Part shown: piece after piece, positions 1-12,487 of the stretch
How positions within the stretch are numbered: position 1 is the stretch's first letter
How the letters are laid out: each line of letters begins with the position of its first letter
Assembly (NCBI GenBank): GCA_001687465.1
Contig: LVLI01000013.1
Location: 62,001 to 104,306 of the forward strand
DNA length: 42,306 bases
Direction: 5' to 3'
Origin: Halocafeteria seosinensis
Taxonomy: Eukaryota
Made by a program: the position numbers and the translations under genes
The notes under the pieces: generated by a model
Seen by the model: only the letters and a program-made list of their open reading frames with translations
What the model was told of the DNA's origin: nothing
Databases searched by the model: none

Positions 1-3000
1 GGGACGTCAACTGCAAAACAACGACACCCTGGATTCTTACTCGGTAAGGAATGGAGCCACGTTGCATCTTGTAGCAAGGTAAGGGTAGCGGTCGCTTGCT
101 GGATCTGCAATGTGCAATGGATTATGACAAGTAATAATTTGATGCAGACCGGCAAGTGCTGTTGGCGAGACAAGCAATGCGGCTACCTCGAACAACGTCA
201 CGTCATCGGCTGCCAATCAGCCTCTATCGGAAGCGACAACAACACCTGTGGGAACTCAGGATGAGCTCGCAAGTGACGCTGAAGATGCGGTCAATCCTGT
301 AGACTTTACGCAGCTAATTTCGGTGGCTGGCTCCCTAGGGCGTATCACCGACGCACTCACGATGAGGGGGGGCCAACGGCAAGCTGGAGGAAGGTTGATG
401 GTCCCAACTAACAACGGGAACATGGTTATTGATGCTCCTGGGGGTGTAATACGACCTGATGGAGGAGTTGTTCCAGTCATGCAACGAGATCAGCCTGTCC
501 GGCGTTGCCCTGGTCCCGCCTTTGAAACTCGGACGGCTGCTGATTCATATGCTGTAATGCGAGATAGGCTAGTGGCGGCAGACGCGATGGATGCAATACA
601 TGGCGCCTGGGGTCGGCAGGGTCATGGGCAAGACGGCTATCTATACTACAGCGCAGACAGTTCTTCGACTTCTCAACGGAGTGCAGAAGCCAGTGCGACG
701 TTGGCCGAGTCTCTTCGCCCACTGGACCCTTTGTGGCAGAATATAATGACTATGGAAACTGTAGCATCTGCCGTCGGGTGGAATGTTGAATGTGGATCAT
801 CGAGAGAACCAGGTCAGGTCTGTGTAAGGTTTGCTCAACACCAGCTTCAGCCAACTGATTTCAATGAGTCCAAGCATCAGGGACAGCATGTAGCTTATTC
901 GGCTGAACAACCTCACGATACTTATCGGAAATATATTTCCTCTTTACCGCGTTCTTATAAGCCTGCCAATGGTAAGCCTAGACGCAGATTCCTCGAAGGT
1001 CAGTGGGTGGACGTTTGTGATACCGTCCAAAAATGGCTGGAAGCTACTATCATGAAAGTGAGTGCGGGCCAGTGGTACCAAACTGCATCACCAGTCATAC
1101 AGACAACGAATGTTCCACAGATATCTGAAGATGGAAACCAAGCGTTTATTCACTACAATGGGTGGCCTGAAAGGTATGTCAACCCAGGCTGAAAACGACT
1201 GAGACGGGTTGCCTTGTTATTTCTTTCTCCTATTATGGAGAGCAGATGGGACGAGTGGATCAACGTGGACTCCCCCCGCATAGCTCCATTTCGTACAAGG
1301 ACAACACATGGTACGTGTGCCTTACTGCGTCTACAGAATCTTGAAATACAATAGACGCGCAATGCAGCTCTCGAGTCCCGTTCGTGCCCGGTCCCTGTGA
1401 CAATATGTAGAGAGTCTCCTGTCTTGCCAGTTAATTTCCAATCGTTGGATAAGCTGATCCCATACGCTGTCCCTTACGCGGAAACTACTACTAACATGCT
1501 GTGTCGGTTTGGTCACTTGATTAATGCGACCAGTTCGAATACGGCGAAGAGGACAGTTCGGAGAGAAGCGATGGCATCCGAAAGTGAAGACAACTTGGAG
1601 GGAGTGCTGGACGACCTTCAGGGGCCCCCGCCGTCGTGGGAAGGCGCGGTGGAGTGGAAGCGCTCCGATCAAGACGCTGGTGCAGCATCGCAAGGAGACA
1701 TTGATGAATCCCCAGGCACGAGGAAGACACGGACAGAGACGAGGCAAGCGTGCTTTGAGGCTCCAAGCTCTACCGACATCCGATCGCTGGCTCAACAACT
1801 TGCCCCTATGTACGTCATTACTCTCCTTAGAGAATCCCGTTCGCTGACCTATTGTAACTGCTATTAACGTAATTACAGGTTAGATCGACTCGGTAGATTT
1901 TACATTGATCTTTCCGCTCATGTTCAAAACATAGCAAACTCATTTCCATCCGAAGACAGTCTGGAAACCGCTCGCGCGCAACGAGCTTTGTCAATAGCGT
2001 TTGGTAGGATGGTCAGATCCGTTAGGAGAGACTCTTCTGAAGCAGGCGACAACCACCAGCAGCGGAATTCCCGAAGGGATCATCGCAATTCTTTTATGAC
2101 GACCTCGTCGCGTCCTTCTACCGCCTCTAGTTTTTTTCAGGACGCAGCCTATGCCCCCAACGGATCGAACGAGCTCGCGAGTGCCGAAGAGTATATCCAG
2201 AATTATCTTGAGGAAAGCAATACGAACAGGAATAGAAACAACTGGCAGCACACATTCATGTCTGAGAGGGGTTTCGATGGCACTCATGCTACTGTTAAGA
2301 GTGACTCCTGCTTCAAACAGCCGACGTTGAGGGAAGCCGTACCGTTGCGACATTGCGATAAGGAAGTGCGCCCTACAAATGGACACCATCGTATATCTGC
2401 ATTAGACCAAGGAAGGCTGTCTGGATACTGTGACCTTGTCAACTGTCCGCAACCCTGTCTGGCTGATGTGCGACAGTCCGTTGATGTTGGCGTCGGTGTT
2501 GGTGTATACCTTCCGAGCGATAGCGTGGGTGATGCCACCCCAGCTTCTCCAGCCGGCGCTGTAAACCGTGTCGTTGCCGGTAACAGAATATGGTTTGGGT
2601 CGAGTAACTATGGATCACAGCCCACTTCTGTACGTTGGTTAGATACGTTGGCTACATGATATTCCTCGTATATGTTTGTATCCTCCGCGTGCAGAATGTT
2701 GGAACAGGCTTGGGAATGGGGATAGGAACCGATTATGCATATGCTTTTGGAGGCCCTGCATTTGATGTCAGCAGCAGTAGCTCTGCCCATGCAGAGTTGA
2801 GTAACATAGAAAATCATGAGGGAAATACTTTGGAACCTTACCGGGAAGTACCTCGCCGGTCGCGACTGTGGCAGCGCTCGCAAGTGGTGGAACCTCCACC
2901 TGTAGACCAAGTATGGATGGCTGCTGCGTTGGCAGGAAATGCTTCTCGCAGCTCGAATGCCGCCTCAGGACCCAATGGTCGGCCACGGAGTTCCAACTCC

Positions 3001-4179
3001 CACGAAAGTGGGATCTCTGCTGCCGGACAACCTGAAAGCGAGGGAGGTGCCAGCGCTCCACCGGAAGCTCATACTCGACCCACTACGTCCGATAGTTATA
3101 TATCCTCTCTATCAAATGCATCTGGTCACGTATCGTGGAATCAGCACAATGAAGGCGGGAGGAATGTTAGGATACCTCAGCATCATCAAGTGTTCGATCA
3201 TTATTCAACCCATCCTAGAGAAGAGGGTCCCAGCGCTGAAGAACGGCAAGTTGACATGAGTAACAGCGATACCGAGTTCGTGCCAAGCATTGGCGCTGAT
3301 ACTGCGTCTGCTATTAGGGAGCCAGAATGCACACAGGGTTCCGAGACGCTCTATGATCGTCCCTCGACTACCGTCCTGTTGGGTAGGAGAAACCACAGGG
3401 AGGACTCTGGCAACAGCGCTGTTCGTCCACAGACGACGGGGGGTGAAAGGACTGGTGAAGACCTCTGGAGACTTCAAGAAGAATTGCAGCGGCTGAGAAC
3501 CCTACGAGAACAACAACAAAGACGATACGAGGAACTCAGGGTACGTAGCCCATTATTTCCTTTTTTCTGATTTCTGTATCTTACATGCCTCGTGGCGCAG
3601 GAAGAGAGGGACTCGCAACTGCAACGCCAGAGAGAGTTGCAGGACAGGCGGCAAAGGGCAGAGGAGCTAGCCGGTTCATTGGAGAGTGAACGATCAGCAA
3701 TGCTCGATAGATATGAATCTCTCCAAGCTCGTGTGCATACTCTTTCGACAACATTGGAGAGCATTCAAACACAGGCGCAAGATATTCAGGACGGCGTAGC
3801 CTCAGACACGTACTCAGAGCCCTCCCAGTTTCGCAGAGATACCACGGTAGATGCCCTGACTCATCGTTCGACTGCTTCTACCGGAACGAATCCTCACTCT
3901 ACCTCGCCACTGCGTGCCACAGGGTCTTCTTCTATGAGGACTACATGGAGTACTGCTCGGCCCTCCACTCCTCCCCGGGAGAGCGAGCAGTCCGCAAATA
4001 ACAACGTAAGAGGATCACCCCGGTGGGGATACACACCCTCAAGAAGCAACGCACGTGACCGACAGCTTCGAGATATGCGTTCAGATGCGCTAGAAGATTC
4101 TTTGCAGTCCCTGGAATCTCAGCTAAGCCAGTCCCCTGGTGGTTCACCTCGCAGAGACAACCATCCACCAAATAACTAG
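1..4179 (+). CDS. Multi-exon protein, 5' end outside the window: end of a ubiquitin-like domain, Tudor/MBT-like domain, long low-complexity region and C-terminal coiled coil
   Basis: Frame from nt 2 reads GRQLQNNDTLDSYSVRNGATLHLVAR, typical of a UBL C-terminal half, followed by a GT-AG intron at 79-148. Spliced exons give EGQWVDVCDTVQKWLEATIMK/ISEDGNQAFIHYNGWPE/RWDEWINVDSPRIAPFRTRT (Tudor/MBT-like) and LAQQLAPM/LDRLGRFYIDL. ORFs 248, 1397, 1988, 2635 and 3592 are joined by short GT-AG introns; stop at 4177-4179. Confidence 0.75.
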
Positions 4180-4706
4180 TACCTCTGTGTAGCAAGATGA
4201 TCCACATTAAGTAGGTAGATAAGTACACGCTCATCACCATCTGTAGCGAACCCGCTCGTGTTTTGCGTGCTCCGGCCCGTCGGTTTGCAGTCATGAAACG
4301 TTAGCGACTGACTAGTACCAAAAGACGGCAGCTTCCTTAAGAGTCGGTGTCATAAGAAGTATGCAAGGTGCGGAATAATGCTACAATATCTTTTTTTTCT
4401 ACCCGGTACCAAGAGATTGTACTGGTCGTGTCACGGCTGTCAGTCGCACTGGGGTGTGAACCTCGCAAAGCCAGTAAACGTCCTGGTGCAAGGTGTCAGA
4501 TAGACTGCCATCTACAGTATTCGAGAGTCTATTACCGATATCGACACAGATTTGTTGAATGCTACTGTTCGATTGTCGATCGATGAACAAATTTCTGGTG
4601 AGATGCTTTCATGTACACGGCAAATTCTTGGTTCGCAATTTGTTCGAAGTAGCAACAAAACCGGCGCGACCTGATAGTTGATTGTTCCCACCAAAATACG
4701 GATACC

Positions 4707-5825
4707 ATGAAAAAAAGGCAAATATTGGCCTTATTGTTCTTCCCCGTTGCAGCGTTAACGGTGGTGGGGTGGCTATACTTGGGAGAGCAAGTGTCTTACA
4801 TTTCCGTGTCAAGAGGGAATGTATTGATGGAGCGCGCTGAGGCGAGGAAAGCTCCCTTTTCAAGCTATCACAGCAATAGAAGCCGGAGTGTCGTTACGAA
4901 TTCGAACATCAAAGTTCAGCATACACGAGGAATCCTCGAAACAGTGGCACGCAGAGGAGCAAGTGATATAGAGACAACGGAGGCCGCTGACAGAGGCCTC
5001 ATACCAAAGGCCAGGTTGGAAAACGGAGAGCTTGTCCAGAACGAGTCTCAAATACCTCAACTAACTTTGTCCGAGGCAGTACAGCGGAAGTTGATGACAG
5101 TAGTATCAGGGTATTTTGAGATCCCAGAAATGCCGCATCACCCTGCAAGCTATTTCAGACGGAGCATCCCCAGTACGATCAACTGGCTAAAAGCAAGGAA
5201 TGCCAATGTGGTATATTATCACAACTTAAACCTTGATACGCATCCCTTAGGGAGTGTTTTCCGAAATAGCGGAATGGATCTGCGGAAAATTGAGCTTGAT
5301 GATCTTCCCGGGGCCGCTGTGAGCGACGATCTCAGAAAGCTGTGTATACGAGGGGAACGAATTGGGAAGCGTGGAAACAAATGCATGTACCTTCACAACC
5401 GTTTAAACAGACATGATTCATATGTTCATATACTTAGTGTCTGGTTCTCGAAGCTTCCTTTTGTGGACGGTATAATTCAAGAAAACCCCTATCGTTCCAC
5501 CTACTTTGGATGGTTCGATTGCGGTATCGTGAAACGCCTAGGGAATATCGTGACAAGATATAAACTGCGGCGTAGTAGTATTGGGACACCGAGAAGTGGT
5601 ATGCACTACGGTCCCCAAGTCTTGAGTGTTGGTCACAGAATGGGCCTTTTCGCAGGACCTGGCCACAAAATGAGGAGACTGGCCAGTTTACATGAAAGGA
5701 AACTCGCGAATATATTTCGGGAAAATGTGACAATGTGTTATGACGAGGAGATCGTACTTGCTGAGCTTCTTCGTGACGGCAACTTTTCGAAAGAGACGAA
5801 AGGCTTGGTACACTACTTCAGGTAA
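4707..5825 (+). CDS. HtrL/YibB-like putative glycosyltransferase, type II membrane, paralog 1
   Basis: Intronless 372 aa ORF with an N-terminal TM anchor, a stem, then TVVSGYFEI...LSVWFSKLPF...NPYRSTYFGWFDCG...CYDEEIVL, resembling HtrL_YibB motifs (T.VT.YF.I; SK..F; NPF.S.YF.W.D.G; DEQ). Confidence 0.7.
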   Translation: MKKRQILALLFFPVAALTVVGWLYLGEQVSYISVSRGNVLMERAEARKAPFSSYHSNRSRSVVTNSNIKVQHTRGILETVARRGASDIETTEAADRGLIPKARLENGELVQNESQIPQLTLSEAVQRKLMTVVSGYFEIPEMPHHPASYFRRSIPSTINWLKARNANVVYYHNLNLDTHPLGSVFRNSGMDLRKIELDDLPGAAVSDDLRKLCIRGERIGKRGNKCMYLHNRLNRHDSYVHILSVWFSKLPFVDGIIQENPYRSTYFGWFDCGIVKRLGNIVTRYKLRRSSIGTPRSGMHYGPQVLSVGHRMGLFAGPGHKMRRLASLHERKLANIFRENVTMCYDEEIVLAELLRDGNFSKETKGLVHYFR

Positions 5826-8685
5826 TCTATGTCGCACAACCAGTTTGAAAATCTGCAAACGGTGTGTGTATGAAGCCCGAGGCAGATCGACATGTCCTTG
5901 AGACTTCGCATTTTCTTTGTTTTGATATCCTGAAAGGGCTTGGTGGGTGTGATGTGGTAGTCGTTGTCCATCTTTGTAGCCGGCATATGGACCTGTTGCT
6001 GGCTGTATCTAGTGCGACCTCGTGGATGCTCATCGAGCACGGCAGGTAGACTTTGGTCCTATGTTGTAGAAAATTATTGCTCACTGCAGCCATAGAGAAA
6101 CTGTATGGTGACTTCGCCGCTGGAACTGGACGAATGGTAGGCACTGTGTCGGAATGGGCTCTAGACGGGGTGCGTGGCACCGATATTACTAACTTGAATT
6201 GGATTCAGCGTTACTGTCTATTTCAAGCGATGCAAATGTGGAAAAAGATCCTTACGTTTTCCTGATGCAAATGCCACTGTGCAATGGAGCTTCATGTAGG
6301 CTCTCATTAACCAGTGCGAATGGATTTGGAAGCTGCGCCATCAAAACTTGAGAGTTTACCTTTTTTTAAGGTGAAGGAACACCGATAGTTTTTACATCTC
6401 GGTTACAATTTTTGCTTGCAAATACTCGAAAGGACCGGAGTGTGCCTCAGTGTTCTCATTTGGCTTACCTTGGAGTGCCGGGTATGTTAATACACTTCCT
6501 TCACATCAGCGGTTTTCGGTCCCGATCGCGAAAATTTCGTATCTCCTCGCATGTCGGAAGCTACTCTGTACGATTCCAAGTGGCCACCGTGTTTATCACG
6601 ACCGGTGGGCACTTGGGATTTCTTTTTTCGGTTTCGTCAAGCGCAGTAGTCGCCGCAATCGCTGCTGGTAATCGGGCTACGGGAATAACGTCGTATCTTC
6701 TTTAACACCAGTGGAAGCCAGAGCCCAGATGACTCGAACATAGCTCCCGATTCATGGAATTTCAGTATTTCTTCAGGTGGAATTGTTGTTTCCCGAATTT
6801 CCCCGCGTTAAACTTCCCTCGTCCGGCGGTACTGATACCTACTCCCCACTCCGACCCAACCCTGGAACTTGCGAGCACCAGCAGTTAGAGAATGCAACTG
6901 ACACTGAAGGCGACGCGATAGTTGTATTCTTTGTGATGGTGTGCAAGATGCTCGAGCGGAACCAGAGGGAATCACCGTTTCACTCGGAAGCAACAGAATC
7001 TACCAAGATGACTCTCCCGGGTCCGTACCCAGCGTTGCCTTGCTAAGTGTACATTCACACACACGCCGATGTTTGACACTACAAGCAACGTTGCTTTCAA
7101 AATTAACCGACATGACGAAGTTCGACTGACTGCTATGGTGGAGGCCGGTGAGTAGCACCCTCCGGGCACGGCGATGCTTGTGCTAGAGGTAGCTATCGAT
7201 TCACCAAGGCTTGAAGGTGATCAAGCGTACGCTCTCCGATGTAAGTGGTTCCGCAGAATATACTAGCGGCGGGGCAAACTATGTTTTGCAATACCGTAGC
7301 CGTTTTACTGACTCTCCGGTGAATTGTTTGGCTTCATGATGGTGACTCTTGCTGTAAATCGTTCCCCTTCTTGTTGGGGAGAGCCAGGATTGACAGAGCA
7401 TAGACTGAAGATAAGCTCAATGGAAGCGATGTTAATGATGTTTTGTTCCGAGCAGCTGACTGGAAGATGCCGACGCGGGGTTTACTTCGAGTTTCGCTGC
7501 TAGCACCATGTTCCGTTCCCCGTCTGCTCGTCTTGATGTGACTGCCACAGTGCCGACGCCGCGTAACGATGAATATACCGTTTGTATTGTTGGAAGTCTA
7601 GGACTCACTAAGTCCCGTATCACTTGTTTCACGGCTTCATGTCTTCCAAGCTGGATCTGAAGAGCTCCGCAAGTCAGCTGATAGAGATGCAGCGAAGTCT
7701 GAAGAGTATGTCGGCGGCACAGTGTCGCTACCAAGTATACGAAGTGTGCCGCTCTTGCGGCCCGAGAGGGCAATAATGGCCTATGTTTCGGGGGAAGGAG
7801 ACTGCAGGAATCGAATGAAACCCATCTGTTGTCTGTTCTTCTTCTGTACTGGAGGATAGTCTCGAGTTTAACGTCAATAGTGGAAGTTCGACGGCCGTGC
7901 ACACCGGTCTTCCTTATAGTCGCTGGCGAAAAAGGGAAATGCGGAACTTTCGCGAGCTGTCACGTTGATGCGCCACAACGTGAACATGTTGAACCGGTTC
8001 CGGTTGGGGTTCACCCTTTACACGGCGTAGCGTAGCCTGTAACCTACACGTCTTCCGGTAGAAGCAATACTAATACACACACTACACACGCGTTGGACCA
8101 GACGGAAAATTCTTCAGGAGTTGACAACTCACAAGAGGCAACCGACGTCTACGTTGAGGTAGTAGTGTCTGTTATGATGGCCTAACGGCTAAATAGAACT
8201 AGCAACGGGATCTTCGTTGAGGAGTCAATGAGGAGGCAGGTATGAGACGTTCTACCGTAACCTGTATATTCAAGCTGGTTCAGGATATGGGACATAGAGT
8301 ATCTTTGCAACTATATAGTTGTAACCTGTATGCTATGGCCACATATAAACGGTTATAGAATAAGAAGTTACATTTTGTACCAGGAAGATGTTCCATCCCT
8401 CGAGGGGACCCTCGTTCGATCCGTAGTCGTACCCGTGTGAACGGTGTGCGTTGCATTAGCGCAGATGCATTAGCGCAGATAAGCAGAAAAATGTGATTTG
8501 ATTCACTCTCATATACCTCCATATGTGTAAGTAATACGTTTTGCAATGCAGTATTTATCTATTCCTTCTTTATTTTAGGGATGCTTATCCCGTGCGGTCC
8601 GCTGATGTGACCATGTATCCTTTGTTTCCTATCTCTTCGAATTTCTTTCCGTGTTTGCCTTTCTAAATAGTATTCAGCTGACTTT

Positions 8686-9822
8686 ATGAAGGTGGGATTG
8701 AGGTCTGTATCTTGCGGTCAGCCAGCCATGCTTGTCAAGAAAGCAGTGTCTGCAGGAGCGCTGCTTGTATTTTTCGTATTGCTGGCACTGTGGACGAAAG
8801 TAAACGACCACCTGTATGAAGCAACATCAGATTCTCGTGGAGAACAATGGGTATCCGCTAAGACTATCGATTTATCCGGGCACACAACGTACGCTCACAG
8901 CGCTTCCGTGGACAAGGAGACTCATACTGGCACTATCAAAGTCGAAAAGCAGTCCGTTAATTCGCTGGTGCCTCAAAGCAGAGGGAATGAGCTTGTTCCA
9001 GGGGATTCATTTAGAAGCGGTGAGGACAAAACGAACGAATCCCAAGTTCCTGAGGTGTCCTTATCTACAGCGCTCGGACAAAAGTTAATGACGGTAGTAT
9101 CAGGATACTTCGAAATTCCCGGAATGCCTCACCACCCGGCTAGTTACTTCCATAGAAGTATTCCCAGTACTCTGCGTTGGTTACGCGAGCACGGCGCACA
9201 CATAGTGTACTATCACAACTTGGATTTGAAAGCTCATCCACTGGGAAAAGTGTTCAAGAGTAGCGGCGCCAAACTGCGGAAACTTGAATTAGGGAGCCTT
9301 CCTGGTGCTAACGTATCGAAAGACTTTAGCCAGTTGTGCATTCGCGGGCCCGTCATTGGGAAGCGTCGCAATAAGTGCTTTTACCTCCACCACAGATTGA
9401 CTAGGTCGAGCTCTTATTATCATGTCCTTAGTGTTTGGTTCTCCAAACTACCGCTTTTGAACGAGGTAATAGTTGAGAACCCGTTCAACTCTGTTTACTT
9501 CTCATGGTTTGATTGTGGAATTTTAAGTCGGCTTGGCCCAGGGATAGCCAGAATGACACTCAGGCGAAACAGCATCGGCGCCGCAACAAGCTTCATGCAT
9601 TATGGGCCCGAGTTTCGACGAGTGCATCATAGAATGGGGCTCCTAGCAGGTCCTGGGCATAAGCTGCAGCAACTCTACCGATTGCATTGGCAAAAGATAC
9701 TCAAAATTTTCCGACAAAATGTGACCATGTGCTATGACGAAGAGATTGTCCTTGAGGAGCTTCTCCGAGATGATGAGCTGAAAGCTGAAACCAAGGACCT
9801 TGTTTATCACTTGAAGAAGTAA
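8686..9822 (+). CDS. HtrL/YibB-like putative glycosyltransferase, type II membrane, paralog 2
   Basis: Intronless 378 aa ORF with a TM segment and the shared core KLMTVVSGYFEIPGMPHHPASYF...LSVWFSKLP...NPFNSVYFSWFDCG...MCYDEEIVL. Confidence 0.7.
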   Translation: MKVGLRSVSCGQPAMLVKKAVSAGALLVFFVLLALWTKVNDHLYEATSDSRGEQWVSAKTIDLSGHTTYAHSASVDKETHTGTIKVEKQSVNSLVPQSRGNELVPGDSFRSGEDKTNESQVPEVSLSTALGQKLMTVVSGYFEIPGMPHHPASYFHRSIPSTLRWLREHGAHIVYYHNLDLKAHPLGKVFKSSGAKLRKLELGSLPGANVSKDFSQLCIRGPVIGKRRNKCFYLHHRLTRSSSYYHVLSVWFSKLPLLNEVIVENPFNSVYFSWFDCGILSRLGPGIARMTLRRNSIGAATSFMHYGPEFRRVHHRMGLLAGPGHKLQQLYRLHWQKILKIFRQNVTMCYDEEIVLEELLRDDELKAETKDLVYHLKK

Positions 9823-10386
9823 GTTGGATGTAGTGTGAATGTGCAAAATAGGTAGCTTTGATGGAAAATCGTGCAGAGCCCCTCGCGACGGACCTCACCG
9901 TCAAAATTAACGCCGAAGCAGCTGCACTGGAGACTATCGATAGGGTGGCTATCGCCTGTTGATCGAACGAACATCCGGCACTGTCAAAATCTTCTAAGTC
10001 ATTTGCGAGTATGCATTGCCCACCAGAAAACCCCTCAGGAACTTAGTCGTTATTGGTGAACATGCCATTGGATGAGTGATGAATGCCTAGAGGCCATAGA
10101 ATGTGGACCTTCTGCATCGGAATGCGATACGTCCATCTCTGGCAACAGCACGAAAATAGTGGAAAGCATCTGGATTGCCCAACACCCTTCCAAGCAGATT
10201 GAAAGACACTGGCATATGGTACCACGATGATCCACCCCGTAAACGTTGCAAACCGCACAGGACTGTGCCGGACACACCCGTGAAGTCCAGATAGGGACAC
10301 CACCCAGCTACAGGTCAGTATTGTCCCTGACTTTTGTCGCAGTAAATGCACAAGTGGTCCAAAGTAAAATACTGGACTCTAGCCTC

Positions 10387-10439
10387 CTGGAAATCCATGG
10401 GAACCCGGCGCACTGGGAATCCATGGGAATCCTGGCGCA
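10387..10439. repeat. Imperfect 26/27 bp tandem duplication
   Basis: ctggaaatccatgggaacccggcgca followed directly by ctgggaatccatgggaatcctggcgca. Confidence 0.7.
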
Positions 10440-10715
10440 GAATTTCCCTGAGCATGAATTCATCAGGACACTTGGAGGACCTTGCACCTTACACGGTCAT
10501 GCATGTGTAACCCTCAAGTACATTTTTTTGGGACTGGCGGGACACTAGTGATCTGTACGCTCGGTCGGGGTAACATGCCGAACCAGGCGAAGTCGCACGG
10601 AATTTGTTTGCTGGCCCGGGGGTCAAACACCGACAGACAACATGCACCAAATAGGATTATCCATACGCCAACTTCATATATCAGCTTTGCGGTATGATAT
10701 ATCTTCGCTGCTCAC

Positions 10716-12005
10716 ATGGATGATAGTATCGCTTGCAGACAGAATGCCAAGACGAGCTCGCACGTTGCGAAGAATGCATTGTTCGGAGCAGCTGTTTTCC
10801 TGTCCCTCATACTCGTGACATTATGGGTGTATATGACGGATCGACTATTTCAAGCAGAGGACATGCATAGAAGAGAAAAATGGATGGCCGGATGGGGAAA
10901 AACAGCGGCTGCTGCTGAGCACGAGCGCGCATTGAACCGAGAAGGCCGACACATGCAATTGCAGAATGGAAATATCTCATTGAGCCCGCAAAATGCAATG
11001 CAATCCAATTCTAGGAATGTCGGCAATGATTTTCGCCAGGGGAAACATGATGGAGGAGCAAAGACGTCCAACTTGCATGGTGCGCGTGACACCCATATTA
11101 CAAGAAGGTCGGTGCAGGGAACTGGCTCGGATCACAGGGATAATCATGATAGGCGGGGGACGTCTGGGCCTTTTGGTCCGGAAAACGGAAAAGTGGTATC
11201 TGAGAGAACTACTCTGCCCGAGATGACAATTTATACAGCTATGAGAAAGAAGCTTATGACAATAGTATCAGGGTACTTCGAGATTCCTGGCATGCCTCAT
11301 CACCCCGCGAGCTATTTTCACGATAGCATACCTAGCACACTACGTTGGCTACGTGAAAACGGAGCGAATGTGGTGTACTACCATAATTTGAACTTACAGA
11401 CCCACCCTTTGGGAGAAGTTCTTAATCGTAGTGGTGTGCACTTAAGGAGGATAGAGCTACAAGAACTACCTGGAGGTACTGTTTCCGGGAACTTAAGGAA
11501 GTTATGTATCCGCTGGAAGGTCACCGAGGTTCCACATATGCGATTAAATAAATGCAAAGACTTGTACGACCGTTTGAAGAAATTTGATTCTTACTACCAT
11601 GTTCTCAGCGTTTGGTTCTCCAAACTACCGTTTCTAGACGAGGTGGTGCGTACGAATCCTTTCGAGTCAGTCTACTTCGGCTGGTTTGACTGCGGAATTG
11701 TGAACAGGCTTTCTGCTGATCTATCAAGGAACATATTGCGGCCAGACGTTGTAGGTACTCCGAGAAGCTCCATGCATTACGGTCCGAAAAATATGCGAGT
11801 AGGTCATAGAATGGGCCTGGTAGCAGGCACTGCTGACAAAATCCGGGAACTTGCGAGACTGCATCAACAGAAGACCAACAAAATTCTCTACGAAAACGTT
11901 CCAATGTGCTATGACGAGGAGATAGTTCTCGCCGAGCTTTTACAAGATCATTCGTTAAACCCCAAAGCCGAGGGTCTCGTGCATTATTTTAAGAAGTACG
12001 TATGA
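10716..12005 (+). CDS. HtrL/YibB-like putative glycosyltransferase, type II membrane, paralog 3
   Basis: Intronless 429 aa ORF with a TM segment, a longer stem and the same core, including NPFESVYFGWFDCG and MCYDEEIVLAELL. Confidence 0.7.
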   Translation: MDDSIACRQNAKTSSHVAKNALFGAAVFLSLILVTLWVYMTDRLFQAEDMHRREKWMAGWGKTAAAAEHERALNREGRHMQLQNGNISLSPQNAMQSNSRNVGNDFRQGKHDGGAKTSNLHGARDTHITRRSVQGTGSDHRDNHDRRGTSGPFGPENGKVVSERTTLPEMTIYTAMRKKLMTIVSGYFEIPGMPHHPASYFHDSIPSTLRWLRENGANVVYYHNLNLQTHPLGEVLNRSGVHLRRIELQELPGGTVSGNLRKLCIRWKVTEVPHMRLNKCKDLYDRLKKFDSYYHVLSVWFSKLPFLDEVVRTNPFESVYFGWFDCGIVNRLSADLSRNILRPDVVGTPRSSMHYGPKNMRVGHRMGLVAGTADKIRELARLHQQKTNKILYENVPMCYDEEIVLAELLQDHSLNPKAEGLVHYFKKYV

Positions 12006-12437
12006 CGCGGTTGAATCGCTGGAATTCCATTTTGATTACAAAGGTTCTTGACCCGAGCTTTGCTTCTTCGCAGGGCCCCGCCAATCGGGACATGGTTGTT
12101 ATCCATCTATTGACATTTAAGTACACAAGCTTGGTAATTTATTTCAGAACTTATGCCCAGCAACGTGTATTTTGTGTTGCTAGGTACCAGGTAAGCCGGA
12201 ACGCACGAGCTCACTCCCCTTTTCTTTGGAGCACCTGGAGCTGAGATACATGTACAAACAACTTACAGCTGCCAGGCTCGAAACCCGGCCACAATGTGTC
12301 ACAACAGCTGTAGCACAGCAGGTACACTCTGTAGCCTAAAAATGGTAGGACTGTGTAGAACCGTCCTGCAAAGTTACTCGGTTTCGACAACCGCATCAGG
12401 AATAAATGGAATCGTCTGTGGATTCCTGCCTTGTACG

Positions 12438-12438
<1 letters not shown>

Positions 12439-12484
<46 letters not shown>
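12439..12484. repeat. (CA)23 microsatellite
   Basis: Directly visible. Confidence 0.97.

Positions 12485-12487
<3 letters not shown>

Noticed and set aside
8405..8435. tRNA T-loop-like gttcgatcc
   Set aside because: No D arm, anticodon arm or acceptor stem can be built.
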